Shown: piece by piece, positions 47,669-62,102 of the stretch
How positions within the stretch are numbered: the stretch's first letter is position 1
How the letters are laid out: each line of letters starts with the position of its first letter
Assembly: GCA_951406725.2 (NCBI GenBank)
Contig: OX597840.1
Location: forward strand, 26,536,001 to 26,600,000
Reading direction: 5' to 3'
DNA from: Octopus vulgaris
Taxonomy: Eukaryota
Length of the DNA stretch: 64,000 nt
Made by a program: the position numbers and the translations under genes
Notes under the pieces: model-generated
What the model was told of the DNA's origin: nothing
The model's input: the letters and a program-made list of their open reading frames with translations, nothing else
Databases searched by the model: none

Positions 47669-47985
47669 TAAATGCCTACATAACAATCAGGATAAGCTAG
47701 GGTTTTCGGAAAAAGAAGCCATTTCGCTAATTCGTATATTACAAATACGATCTGTAAGAGGAACAATAAAAATATGCAAGACTTTTCTCAAGTCCAAAAT
47801 GTGACTTTCTCTTTGTTATCTGTACAGCAACGACGGATCTTGGTGTATTCGTTAGAAACCAGATCTTTCCTCAGGAAAAGAATTCAAATAATTGAAAACA
47901 GAAGAGAGCATAAATATATACAGACAGACACACAGACATACATAGCTGTATGCGCATGTGTATGTGTATATATAGGTATGTGTAT

Positions 47986-48143
<158 letters not shown>

Positions 48144-48520
48144 GTATGTATGTATATCTCAAAGCTTGACATGTCACAACACAACTCATCGAAAACCGAG
48201 ATATCTTTCGCAGAAGCCTTTCGAAAACTAATTAACGATTAATTATAAACCCTAATGATAATAATAACAACAACAACAACAACAGCAACAATAATAATAA
48301 TAATAACAATAATAATAGAAATAACGGCTGTGGGAAGGAAGTAGAACGGAATGGATGTTTCTAGAAGATATCAGAGGACTGTATGTATGTGTGTAAATGT
48401 ATGCGTGTGTGTATGTATGTATGTATATGTGTGTGTGTGTGCATATATATATCTGTATATATGCATGTACATATGCATGTATATATGTGTGTGCGTATAT
48501 ATATATATATGTGTGTATAT

Positions 48521-48556
<36 letters not shown>

Positions 48557-48561
48557 TTACC

Positions 48562-48603
<42 letters not shown>

Positions 48604-48796
48604 TGTATACACACGAGCACACACATACGCGCACACACACATTCACACGCATGCGCGCATGTATATATTTATATATAGGGAGAGAGAGCGAGAAGTAGAC
48701 AGATAGACAGATAGAAAGTGTGGAGAGAAGAGAGATATACGTCTATATATATACAGCTACCTATGTTCCTGCCTATCTATCTAACCTATGTATGCG

Positions 48797-48859
<63 letters not shown>

Positions 48860-48861
48860 GT

Positions 48862-49173
48862 CTCGAGGTTACCGTGGTCTTTTCCGTAGGCTTTTCTTTC
48901 CACGGGTAAACCTCACCTGTCCTCCCCTTTACACTTCATATTGACATTTCTGTGATTACGATCCCTATTGATCAACATTTTTTTCCTCTCCCCTTTTCCT
49001 TTTTTTCCCTCTCCCCACCTTTTTTTAAAATCCTCTCCTTTTTTGTCCTCTTTCTTTCCTTTTACGATCCCTTTTGATCGAAAACCAACCCCCTTTTTTT
49101 TACCCCCAAAAGAAAAGCTCTACCTTGTAATTTGTTCTGTCTGTATGCAGCCCTGTGTGGCTAATAAAGAAAC
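48862..49173 (+). mobile_element. Probable non-LTR element 3'UTR embedded in (TATC)n
   Basis: Pyrimidine-rich, ends in AATAAA plus (TATC)n; homologous to 63885-64000(-). Confidence 0.55.
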
Positions 49174-49184
49174 ATATCTATCTA

Positions 49185-49229
<45 letters not shown>

Positions 49230-49996
49230 CTGTCTATCTTAACAACATGTATGGCGCCACACAGAAAGTTCATTTAGATTTCATACTTTTCATCGCAACA
49301 GCAATTTCCCCCACCCCCTACCGCCCGCTCCGCCCCGCCCCCGTCACCAGTCCGTTTCAGGGTGACCCACTTACAGCTGAGTGGACTGGAGCAACGGGCA
49401 ATGAAGGGTTTTTTGCTCAAGAACATACCGCGTCGCCCGATCCAGGATTCGAAACAACGATCTCGGTATCAAGTGGGTCACAGTCTTACCATTGATCCTG
49501 CACCCCAACCGCCACAGACTTACACACACACACGCACCCACACACGCCCACACCATGATTATATGTCACTTTTATCTTTCTCTTGTTTCAGTCAAGTTTG
49601 CTTTTCCGAAACGAGAGGTCCCAGTTCCGGTATTAAGGACCTGTGATGAGAAAAAATCGCCAGAGTTTTCAAGCTGAGCAAACCTGTAAGAAGACTCAGA
49701 TAAAATGATTTGATAATGTCCATAGGTGATAATATCCATAGGCTCAAATGGTCACGCTTGAGAATTCAACAGTAATTTGTAAGGACCGTGGCTTCAGGTA
49801 AGGTCCTATGGAGGACTCTATTGGACCCTAGTCTCAGTTTGGCCACGCTTGGGAACCCAGCCGTAAAGTGTAATGATGGCTGGTTCTAATAGGACCCTAC
49901 GGAGTGGGTACCTTAGGACACTTATGTCTAAACTCCTCCCAGAAATAGTGGGAACATCAATATATATATATATATATATATATAATGGAAGATAAA

Positions 49997-50388
49997 TCTC
50001 TCTCTCTATAAAGCTGAAGCTGTCTGTGTATGGCAGGTTTGGTAGCCTTCAACTAACACTATCTCCTCCGAGACCCTGCGGCGCAAGTTGACCAAAATTG
50101 AGAGTATGATAGAAGAAGGCTTGCTCTTCATTCCGTAGAAGATAAAATTCAAATCGAACCATGTTAACACCAAAAATTATTTACATCAAAAAGGTGTTTT
50201 TTTTCTATGAAAATCCCTATTTTTCACGATTTTTTTACTGCTGTGTCGCCATTTTTCGGTGTATTTCAACCAGAAAAATGTTCACTTAAAGAGAATAACA
50301 AGCTACATAATGCAAAAGTTTTACTTTTCAAAAATTCTAATTCTAAAAGGTCGAAACAAACCCGAGCAAGGCCGGGCGATATTGCTAG
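49997..50388 (+). mobile_element. Non-autonomous Helitron
   Basis: A|TC 5' end; CCCG...CGGG hairpin and CTAG|T 3' end. Confidence 0.8.
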
Positions 50389-51100
50389 TGAATGGATACA
50401 GTTAACCGAATATTTTGTCAACAGTCTAGCGATTTTATAGATTATATAATGTTTTCCGGCGTGAATCGAACTCATTTTTGCAAATGCCAAGGGTTATTCA
50501 AATACTGTCTATTCAAAATTTACTGTTTTTATTTTTGTGTATCGTCATGTGAAAGAGCGTGGCCTAGTCATTCGGGTATTGCACCTGTGTTCGTAAGATA
50601 ATGCAACGTATTATATCATATTATATTATATCATATTATATCATCTTAAATTGTTGTTATATTGTTTGTATTATATTATGTACAGATTTGTGTGTCTGTT
50701 GTGTAGTTTATTCATACATGAATACAGTGTGAGAGACGGAGAAAGCGAAAGAGAACAGCGAAAGAGAGAGCGGGCAGTGAGAGACGGATAACAATGAAAA
50801 ACCAGACGATAGCAAAAAAAAGGAAAAGAAAATTCGTAAAAATAGAAATATACTAGACAAAAACAAAAATAATGGGAAAAACAAAAATACGAAGAGTACA
50901 AAAATAAAAAAGAACAAGAAAACAGCCACAGACCAGTAAAAGTATAAATCGTTTCTTGAGATAATGTTACGTAAGAGACACGGTTATTTTTATATAACCT
51001 TAACTTAACGATTTGTACTACTGAAGTAATATACTTGTGGCTGTCTCTCTACCTCTACATCTCTCTAGTTCTCCCTTTATATGTCTATATGTGTGTATAT

Positions 51101-51510
51101 AGGAGTGGCTGTGTGGTAAGTAGCTTGCTAACCAACCACATGGTTCTGGGTTCAGTCCACTGCGTGGCATCTTGGGCAAGTGTCTTCTGCTATAGCCCCG
51201 GGCCGACCAATGCCTTGTGAGTGGATTTGGTAGACGGAAACTGAAAGAAGCCCGTCGTATATATGTATATATATATATATATGTATGTGTGTTTGTTTGT
51301 GTGTCTGTGTTTGTCCCCCTAGCATTGCCTGACAACCGATGCTGGTGTGTTTATATCCCCGTTACTTAGCGGTTCGGCAAAAGAGACCGATAGAATAAGT
51401 ACTGGGCTTACAAAAAGAATAAATCCCGGGGTCGAGTTGCTCGATTAAAAGGTGGTGCTCCAGCATGGCCGCAGTCAAATGACTGAAACAAGTAAAAGAG
51501 TAAAAGAGTA
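51101..51510 (+). mobile_element. SINE family A, full length
   Basis: Head and tail conserved. Confidence 0.9.
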
Positions 51511-51546
51511 ATATGTGCGTATATGCGTTTGTGTGTGTTTGTGTGT

Positions 51547-52015
<469 letters not shown>

Positions 52016-52461
52016 TGCATACATGCATCTACTATATACTATGTATAGACATAGTTATATATAGCTGTACATCCTCAACCACATCCCAACCATAGCCCTC
52101 CAGCAGAGCAGCTAGCTAAGGATGAGGTAGGTTAGGAGGTCGAGAAATGGTTCGTCAGTTATTCCACTTAGGCAGTTTGGTATTTCCTCTCGATTTAATG
52201 TCGACCGAAATATTTCTCTCTCTCGGCTGGACTTACACTGATTTAAACAGTGGTATACTATTGCTGCTGCTGCTACTACTACTGCTACTACTGCTGCTGT
52301 TGCTGCTGCTGCTGCTACTACTGCTGGTTAAAGTAAACATCAACAACAATAATAATTAGCAATGGCGAATTACGAAGCATTAATTGCGTGTTCATGTGTG
52401 TGTGTGTGTGTGTACAGTGATACATAAAGATGCATACATGCAGACAGACAGACAGACAGAC

Positions 52462-52504
<43 letters not shown>

Positions 52505-52585
52505 CACAGATAGATAGATAGATAGATAGGTAGATAGATAGATAGATAGATAGAGATAGATAGATAGACAGATAGATAGATAGAC

Positions 52586-52624
<39 letters not shown>

Positions 52625-52625
52625 G

Positions 52626-52656
<31 letters not shown>

Positions 52657-52689
52657 GAGGGAGAGAAAGATAGATAGATAGATGTGCAT

Positions 52690-52745
<56 letters not shown>

Positions 52746-52746
52746 G

Positions 52747-52942
52747 AGGGCGCATAGCCCAGTGGTTAGAGTTTCGGGTTTACAATCGTGATGTGGCGAG
52801 TTCGATTCCCGGACCGAGCTGCATGTGGTGTTCTTGAGCAAGACACTTTATTTCACGTTGCTTCCAGTTCACTCAGCAGTAGAAATGAGTTGCAACGTCA
52901 CTGGTGCCAAGCTGTACCGACCCCTTTGCCTTTCCCTTGGGG
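52747..52942 (+). mobile_element. SINE family B, 3'-truncated
   Basis: Homologous to 44410-44600. Confidence 0.8.
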
Positions 52943-53182
52943 GCCATCCTCTATAGATGCATACATACCCACATATTTTTCCATTCCAGTCAATACAGAA
53001 TTTCAGATAGTATTTATGGAATTTTGATTTATTGTCAGGGGACTTTTGGTCAACGCTTTATATGTATGTAAACACACACACACACACAGGGTGAGCCGTG
53101 GTGACGGGGTCACATTTTAAATGCTAATATCTTGGATTATGAAAAGGAAATAGTGTACCAGATGTATTCATGACATAACCTA

Positions 53183-53490
53183 TTTCTTTACTACCCACAA
53201 GGGGCTAAACACAGAGAAGACAAACAAGGACAGACGAACGGATTAAGTCGATTATATCGACCCCAGTGCATAACTGGTACTTATTTAATCGACACCGAAA
53301 GGATGAAAGGCAAAGTCGGCCTCGGCGGAATTTGAACTCAGAACGTAGCTGCAGACGAAATACCTATCGACCCCGAAAGGATGAAAGGCAAAGTCGACCA
53401 CGACGGAATTTGAACTCAGAACGTAGCGGCAGACGAAATACCGCTAAGCATTTCGCCCGGCGTGCTAACGATTCTGCCAGCTCGCCGCCT
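53183..53490 (-). mobile_element. Meta-domain-like SINE with internal ~75-bp duplication
   Basis: CGAAAGGATGAAAGGCAAAGTCG...GAACTCAGAACGTAGC occurs twice. Confidence 0.8.
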
Positions 53491-53619
53491 TGGATTCATT
53501 ACATAACCGATATACAGGAGTTCAACGTTTCATCCAAGACCTGACTATTACATCCTGGTGATGGTCACACTCACGAAGAGAAGATTCATGAGCTCTCTCT
53601 CTCTTTCTCTCTTACCAAA

Positions 53620-53800
53620 CACACTCTGGTTCAGCATATCCTGTCTCACCAACGACATTTGTAACAACACGCAGAATCACTTTTCGGGATGGTGCCCATC
53701 GCTTTCCAAAATGCTGTCAGATTTTTCTTTGCGTGCAACGATGGATCTTTGATTGCTGAAGTATGTTTCGACCACCGATGCAATTTTTCTTGGATTCCAT
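53620..53800 (-). pseudogene. Tc1/mariner transposase N-terminal HTH remnant (DUF4817-like)
   Basis: VVETYFSNQRSIVA...[fs]QHFGKRWAPSRKVILRVV; candidate TIR end CAGGGTGAGCC at ~53088. Confidence 0.55.
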
Positions 53801-53857
53801 GACGTTGTGAGGCTCAGCAATACCAACTACTTGCAGAAGATTGCAAAAGCTTATATA

Positions 53858-54026
53858 GGTGCAGGTGTGGCTGTGTGGTAAGTAGCTTGCTTACTAGCCA
53901 CATGGTTCTGGGTTCAGTCCCACTGCGTGGCACCTTGGGCAAATGTCTTCTACTATAGCCTCGGGCCGACCAAAGCCTTGTGAGTGGATTTGGTAGACGG
54001 AAACTGAAAGAAGCCCGTCGTATTTA

Positions 54027-54098
<72 letters not shown>

Positions 54099-54296
54099 TG
54101 TGTCTGTGTTTGTCCCCTTAGCATTGCTTGACAACCGATGCTGGTGTGTTTACGTCCCCGTACATTAGCGGTTCAGCAAAAGGTACTGTTAGAATAAGTA
54201 CTAGGCTTACAAACAAGAAGTCCTGGGGTCGATTTGTTAGACTAAAGGCAGTGCTCCAGCATGGCCGCAGTCAAATCACTGGAACAAATAAAAGAA
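53858..54296 (+). mobile_element. SINE family A
   Basis: Head and tail conserved. Confidence 0.9.
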
Positions 54297-54322
54297 TACA
54301 CACACACACATATGTGTATATA

Positions 54323-54353
<31 letters not shown>

Positions 54354-54469
54354 TTATATTTATTCATATATTTATATGTATACACACATATATATACATA
54401 TGTACATATATATACATATATATACACACACATATATATATATACGGATATATATATATATATATATAT

Positions 54470-54539
<70 letters not shown>

Positions 54540-54629
54540 GTATATAAACATATATATACATACATATATAATACAAAGATAGGGGTTATGGGTGTAACCC
54601 ACTATGGGATAATTTATATACACACACAG

Positions 54630-54673
<44 letters not shown>

Positions 54674-55013
54674 GAGCGCACGTGTGTGTGTGTGAATGTA
54701 TATATATATATAATTAGGGCATGTGTTTATGTATATAGATACGAGTGCGTAATATGGACGTTAGTCCATTCATCTCTTCTTACGTCACTAATTGGAGAGG
54801 TATGAACGTCACCACACACCTCTCTACTGTCCACTCCCCAATACTCACTCCAAGTGGGGAAAACACTCCACTGTATATGTATACACCCCTTCGCGAACCT
54901 TCTCTGCGACGTCATAGTTACCATGTCCGGAATTCTGTCAGAATGAATGCGCGTGCTGGTGTATATGTGTGTGTGAATGCGTGCATCTGTGTATGTGTGT
55001 GTGTGTGTGTGCA

Positions 55014-55051
<38 letters not shown>

Positions 55052-55527
55052 TAGGAGTGTGTATATTACATTTTGTTTAACGTACATACATGTATACATC
55101 CATCCATACATACATATATATATATATATTTATATAAAAGCAGTCATACGTACATACAAACATACACGTACACACACACACACACACACACACGTACATA
55201 CATATATACATACATACATACTTGAATATATATATATACACACACATACACACACACGAATTTTAGTTTAAGTGCACTTCAATTCTCACTTCCGCTGTCT
55301 ATCCTTCTTTTGAAGATTTACATTGTTACACAACATTCCGGTGTGTATACATACGTACATACATATACACACATACATACATACATATGCACACATACAC
55401 ATATACACACTCAGACAGTATTCACATCCGTACATTTGCAAATGCATAAAGATGCAATTGTGTACGTAACATTTAAAAATATAAACGCGCGTATGTATAT
55501 ATGCATATATATATATATATATATATA

Positions 55528-55892
55528 CTCTTTTACTCTTTTACTTGTTTCAGTCATTTGACTGCGGCCATGCTGGAGCACCACCTTTTAGTACTTATTC
55601 AATCGGTCTCTTTTTGCCGAACCGCTAAGTGACGGGGACGTAAACACACCAGCATCGGTTGTCAAGCAATGCTAGAGGGACAAACACAGACACACAAACA
55701 CACATACACACATATATATATATACATATATACGACAGGCTTCTTTCAGTTTCCGTCTACCAAATCCACTCACAAGGCATTGGTCGGCCCGGGGCTATAG
55801 CAGAAGACACTTGCCCAAGATGCCACGCAGTGGGACTGAACCCGCAACCGTGTGGTTGGTTAGCAAGCTACTTACCACACAGCCACTCCTGT
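55528..55892 (-). mobile_element. SINE family A with internal deletion
   Basis: Head and tail conserved. Confidence 0.85.
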
Positions 55893-56097
55893 GCATACAT
55901 ACATGCATACATACATATATATATATATATTTTTTTATTTTATCTAGTTTCAGCTCACGAGCTGTGGCCATGCTGAGGCACCGCCATTTGGTGCTGCTAC
56001 ATGATTTTACTTCACGAATGCTTTTTAGCAAATGCCATTTGGTGCATGAGAGAGTTCGATGCAGCTGCCCTCATCTGTACCTCCTGCCGTGAAGTTG

Positions 56098-56167
<70 letters not shown>

Positions 56168-56229
56168 ACATATATATATATATGATATGTATACATATGT
56201 ATATATGTATACACACATACACACACACA

Positions 56230-56471
56230 TCGCCATGTTGATTCGCTAGCCTCTGCACGCATTTTTTTTCTCTCTTTGTTTCTCTCCTTGTTTCTTTTCT
56301 GTGTATCTTTCTGTTGAAGAGCGTTGGCTCGAAACGTTAAAGACTTGTTTTATTTATATTTCCTGAGCGCCATACTAATACAATTGTTTGTTTGTATTCC
56401 ACCTGCCTTCGTCTTTTGTTTATTTCCGTAAACCTGCCTTCGTCTTTTGTCTATTTTCATAAAGCTTCCCG

Positions 56472-56553
<82 letters not shown>

Positions 56554-56745
56554 TTGCAACCACATGTGAAACGTTGGCGATTTTTTTTTCTTGGTCTTCC
56601 TTCACTATTGGACTTTCTTCCGTTTCTGAAGAAGAGCTTTGCTCAAAACATAAAACCCCCTTTCCTTCCTTGAGTGTCTGCAAATTCTTTGTATGTACCA
56701 CGTCTTCGCGTTGTTGGTTTTTTAATGCTTGCTCTTCGTTTTGAG
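56230..56745 (+). mobile_element. Two short PLE-derived elements with degenerate minimal HHRs (56306-56343, 56622-56656)
   Basis: TCTTT-CTGTTGA-A-GAGC(GTTG)GCTC-GAAAC-GTT-AAAGA and GTTT-CTGAAGA-A-GAGC(TTT)GCTC-AAAAC-ATA-AAAC. Confidence 0.65.
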
Positions 56746-56770
56746 GATTTTATATACATACATATATACA

Positions 56771-56806
<36 letters not shown>

Positions 56807-56807
56807 C

Positions 56808-56939
<132 letters not shown>

Positions 56940-57478
56940 CTCATAAATAAGGTCTAAAGAAAATTATTTCAATGCCAATATGCTGATAACAGACTTTTAA
57001 ATCGTCAATTTCCACATATTAATTACTCGCTACAGAAATAAAACACGAAGAACTGAAATCGGGGAAAGCCGTGAACAAACGAAAGGAAAGGACACTCAAC
57101 AAATTTAGAAGAAGGCACATGTATTATTTAAACCAGTTTCATTCGGTTCTGTTCTACATCAAGTTTCGCAGGTCCCAGCGGACGCCCGCCATTCTGGAGC
57201 ACTGCCTTGGAGGGTTTACCATTCAGATTACTCTGTCAAATGTAATACTTTTTTTTTTTTTCACTTTGCTTTTAATAAAATCAAGCATTATCGCATAACT
57301 TCGAGATTTCAACGATGTGATTGTTGATTTTTAGAATGGCCTGGTCAGTTTGAGTATAAAACACGTAGAACATTTTGGCCGGGTTTGGCCGGTTTAAATG
57401 CTAAACAGTTCAGCCCAGCCACATCCCTGGTCGAGCTTTCGAAACGTCACGTTGTGCATGGTATTATTTCAAAGCAGT

Positions 57479-58099
57479 GGAGGCGCAATGGCCCAGTGGT
57501 TAGGGCAGCGGACTCGCGGTCATAGGATCGCGGTTTCGATTCCCAGACCGGGCGTTGTGAGTGTTTATTGAGCGAAAACACCTAAAGCTCCACGTGGCTC
57601 CGGCAGGGGATGGTGGTGATCCCTGCTGTACTCTTTCACCACAACTTTCTCTCACTCTTACTTCCTGTTTCTGTTGTACCTGTATTTCAAAGGGCCGGCC
57701 TTGTCACTCTCTGGAGGCGCAATGGCCCAGTGGTTAGGGCAGCGGACGCGCGGTCATAGGATCGCGGTTTCGATTCCCAGACCGGGCGTTGTGAGTGTTT
57801 ATTGAGCGAAAACACCTAAAGCTCCACGAGGCTCCGGCAGGGGATGGTGGCGATCCCTGCTGTACTCTTTCACCACAACTTTCTCTCACTCTTACTTCCT
57901 GTTTCTGTTGTACCTGTATTTCAAAGGGCCGGCCTTGTCACTCTCTGTGTCACGCTGAATATCCCCGAGAACTACGTTAAGGGTGCACGTGTCTGTGGAG
58001 TGCTCAGCCACTTACACGTTAATTTCACGATCAGGCTGTTCCGTTGGTCGGATCAGCCGGAACCCTCGTCGTCGTAACCGACGGAGTGCTTCCACACAC
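57479..58099 (+). mobile_element. SINE family C, head-to-tail dimer with a single TSD
   Basis: 57479-57712 is repeated from 57713; TGGCCCAGTGG and GGTTTCGATTCCC boxes; 12-bp TSD TATTTCAAAGCA (57465-57476 and 58100-58111). Confidence 0.9.
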
Positions 58100-58111
58100 T
58101 ATTTCAAAGCA

Positions 58112-58640
58112 TCGATTCCTGGCAGATACAGGAGCAGAGCAGCTCGCAGCAGCATTTGACCAATGGAAATCTTAAGCGGTTCGCAGAAACCATCATCTAT
58201 TAAATAGCAAGCTTTTAGCCATTCTCCAATTTCCACTTACAGTGAGAAATTCATGACTCTGGATCTTAATTTCAAGCGCCAAATCAAGTGGGTCTTTATA
58301 ATTGCGGATCTTCAATATCCTGTAAGTCGGTGCTGACTTCCGGTATCCATTTAGTCATCTTGTTTGTTTGAAACGCAAGCGACTGGTCAATTCAGAAACG
58401 GATTTGTCTGCGTAGGGTGTGTACAAGTAAATCTGCTACTGTCGATACTCTTTTAATTGTATCCTCTGCATCTAATTGTTATCATACGATCCTTAAGAAA
58501 TTTCCAGGAATTACTCAATGAAACTTCAATAGAATCTGATACTCATTGCCTCATCCCTGAAGGACCTCCATCACGACCTTGGCGTCTCATCACTGGCAAG
58601 CTGAAAGTGGCTTGGAATTTCAACAGCATCAACAGGGTGT
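58112..58640 (+). pseudogene. Ty3/Gypsy pol remnant (aspartic protease to RT start)
   Basis: RFLADTGAE; SPISTYSEKFMTLDLNFKRQIKWVFIIADLQYP...GADF; THCLIPEGPPSRPWRLITGKLKVA. Confidence 0.75.
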
Positions 58641-58661
58641 TTGTCCATGAATGTGTGTATA

Positions 58662-59135
58662 GGCGCGGGAGTGTCTGTGTGGTAAGTAGCTTGCTGACCA
58701 ATCACATGGTTCCGGATTCAGTCCCACTGCGTGGCACTTTGGGAAAGTGTCTTCTACCATAGCCTCGGGCCGACCAATGCTTTGTGAGTGGATTTGGTAG
58801 ACGGAAACTGAAAAGAAGCCCGTCGTATAAAAGTATATATGTTTATGTATGTGGATTTGGTAGACGGAAACTGAAAGAAGCCTGTCGTATATATGTATAT
58901 ATATATATGTGTGTGTGTTTGTGTGTCTGTGTTTGTCTCCCCAACATCGCTTGACAACACACGATGCTGGTGTTTTTACGTCCCCCGTAACTTAGCGGTT
59001 CTGCAAAAGAGACCGATAGAATAAGTACTGGGCTTACAAAGAATAAGTCCCGGGGTCGATTTGCTCGACTAAAGGGGGTGCTCCAGCATGGCCGCAGTCA
59101 AATGACTGTAACAAGTAAAAAGACTAAAAAAAGAG
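58662..59135 (+). mobile_element. SINE family A with small internal duplication
   Basis: GTGGATTTGGTAGACGGAAACTG occurs twice. Confidence 0.85.
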
Positions 59136-59139
59136 TACA

Positions 59140-59400
59140 TGTGCAGTATTTGGGGTCGGTGCATCTGCAGAATCATGTGTTTTGTTCCATGTATGCATTC
59201 TCATGCATATAGTTGCATATCCAGACATGCTCATATATATTTGAATAATAAACTTCTGGAAAGTTTCACAGATTTTCACCGTTCCAGTGATGGACTGGAT
59301 CTGTAGTCTTCGAATCAGCTTTCTCCTTTCTGGTTTTGAGAAGCCTAGTTTAATCAGACGCTGGGCATTGGAATAATTCGACCTTCCTGTAATAATTGGT
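59140..59400 (-). mobile_element. RLE-type LINE 3' end
   Basis: LIKLGFSKPERRKLIRRLQIQSITGTVKICETFQKFI. Confidence 0.6.
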
Positions 59401-59747
59401 CTTCTCACTTCATATAACGCCAAAATATCTATAGGAGGTTGGAATCCTTGTGGAAACTACAGACTTTTGAATGCTTTAGCAGTTTCTGATAAATACCCAA
59501 TTGCACATATTCCTGATTTCTCATATTCTTTACATAGTTTTACATATAAAATCTATATGTTTTTATATAGATACCTATTATCTTAAGGAAATTAATTCCC
59601 TAAAACTACTAGGTATTGAACCAGTGTTTGCTTGGATCAAACCGTCCATTCATGAGGTTAACACAACTTCTAATTAAATACATACACATACATACATACA
59701 TACATACATACATACATACATACATACATACATACATACATACATAA

Positions 59748-59949
59748 AATGTGACCTCGTGTGTACCGTTGGCGATTTTTTTCCTCTGTCTTCCCTTCTC
59801 TGGATCTTTCATTCTCCTATGTTTCCGACGAAGAGCTCCGCTCGAAACGTTAAACCTTCCTTCTTCCCTTCTTTCCTGAGCGTCCAAAAATACTATATTT
59901 GTTCCACGTCCTCGCGTTGTTGTGTTTTTTGTGCTTTCTTGTTTGGATT

Positions 59950-59953
<4 letters not shown>
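59748..59953 (+). mobile_element. Short PLE-derived element with minimal HHR (59821-59855)
   Basis: GTTT-CCGACGA-A-GAGC(TCC)GCTC-GAAAC-GTT^-AAAC; ends in (TA)n. Confidence 0.8.
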
Positions 59954-59995
<42 letters not shown>

Positions 59996-60110
59996 TTAAT
60001 AAGATATACATATCTATCTGTCTATCTATCGATCTATCTATCGATCTATCTATCTGAACCGTGATCAACGTGGCTGGTTAGCAAACATCTTACCGCACCG
60101 CACAGCCACG

Positions 60111-60159
<49 letters not shown>

Positions 60160-60409
60160 TCTTACTCTTTACTCTTTTACTTGTTTCAGTCATTTGACTG
60201 CGGCCATGCTAGAGCACCGCCTTTAATCGAGCAACTCGACCCCGGGACTTATTCTTTTGTAAGCCCAGTACTTAGTCTATCGGTCGCTTTTGCCGAACCG
60301 CTAAGTAACGGGGATATAAACACACCAGCATCGGTTGTCAAGCAATGCTAGGGGGACAAACACAGACACACAAACAAACACACGCATATATATACATATA
60401 TACGACGGG

Positions 60410-60412
<3 letters not shown>
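60160..60412 (-). mobile_element. SINE family A tail
   Basis: Matches the other tails. Confidence 0.85.
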
Positions 60413-60444
<32 letters not shown>

Positions 60445-60510
60445 TCAGTTTATAATATTCTCATTGAATATATTTAACTAAAGATTTATATATATATTTA
60501 CATACATACA

Positions 60511-60594
<84 letters not shown>

Positions 60595-61293
60595 AAGATG
60601 TATGTAAATGTGTGTGTGTGTGTGTGTGTGTAGGTTTCGTTGGACAAACCGGATTAAATGGAGTACATATACATGGGTATACATATCTATTTCGTTATAG
60701 GCAGAAAACTAAACTTCAAAAAACCCATAAATATTTCTCTGTTTGAGTGTACATGCATGTGTATGTTTATCTGTGTGTGTGTGTGTGTGTGTGTCTGTAT
60801 GTGTTGTTTTGCATGTGTGCGTCTAGGTACACGTGTATGTCAATATGTAAAAAGATTTGCTGTGAATTTTCGGCGGTAAACCATCCACTAACCGCAACAG
60901 CGACCGCAGTCTGTGCAGCGTAAGAATACATTTGTGTTATGTATAAGTTGTTGCTATTGTTGCCAGACAGACCCGTTTCACTACACACACACAAATACTT
61001 TTTTCTATTTGTTGGTGTCGCTCACTGGTTATTCGTCTCTTAATCTTTCCCTGTGTATGCATACAAGTATATTTTCCTGTGTGTTAGTTTTTGGAACTAG
61101 TAGCCCAATATGTAGAATAACTGTGTTTGTTAATATATATTGATATATTTTGTTTTGTTTATTTTGTATTATTGTATTAATGAGTATATATATATATATG
61201 TGTGGTATTATGAGTGTCTATGCACACGTTTTTATATTTTATATTTTTATATTTATATGTATAAAATTTTTTCACACTTATAATAAATTAAAT

Positions 61294-61404
61294 TCTCTGA
61301 AGAGGCCGTGGGGCATCCTTGTTAATGTCTCATTTATACCTGCCTTATATGGCTTATAGGTTAAATGAGGCATGCTTGCCCTTACGGCCGAAACAGCTGT
61401 CAGA
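61294..61404 (+). ncRNA. Canonical type I HHR with ~86-nt stem II hairpin
   Basis: TCT-CTGAAGA-GGCCGTGGGGCA...ATGTCTCATTTA...TAAATGAGGCAT...TGCCCTTACGGCC-GAAAC-AGCT-GTC^-AGA. Confidence 0.9.
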
Positions 61405-61589
61405 TATGATATAATTATATATTATATTTTATATTTATATTTATATTTCCTTGTCTAATTATATTTAATATATATTTTGTATAATGCCTTTACTGTTATG
61501 TAATGGTGTAATAAAGTATTGATTGGGTATCATCTGATGGTTGATATTTGATTGATTTAAGTATGTTTCTCCATTTTCTAATTTTGTAG

Positions 61590-61655
<66 letters not shown>

Positions 61656-61956
61656 TTATGTAGAAAAATACAAACTGGGACAAGAACGTAAAACATTTAG
61701 AAGACGATACAAAAAACACGGACGGGATATTCGAAGCCTTAAATCTTCAGTCAAGAACCGGATCATCCTCGCAATTTCGGCTGATTAATCTTGAGATAGC
61801 TCCGATCCGGCCAGCCCCAAAGGAAAATCTAAGCCAAGCGCATTAGATTCCTTGGAAGAAAGCCTCGAATGCACGCAAAACAAGGACGGAAATCTTTAGT
61901 TAAATATATACAATGAGAATATTATATACTGAATTTATATATATATATATATATTT

Positions 61957-61994
<38 letters not shown>

Positions 61995-62039
61995 CAGCTT
62001 ATGAGCTGTGGAACGTAAAACATGCTAGGACACCGCCAT

Positions 62040-62102
<63 letters not shown>

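Noticed and set aside
47385-47804. 139-aa host gene
   Set aside because: Chance in-frame fusion of an RTE C-terminus, (AG)n and an RLE-LINE C-terminus.
57425-57452. HHR-like CTGGTCGAG...CGAAACGTC
   Set aside because: Core does not fit CUGANGA, there is no stem I, and it lies in the apparent Gypsy remnant.
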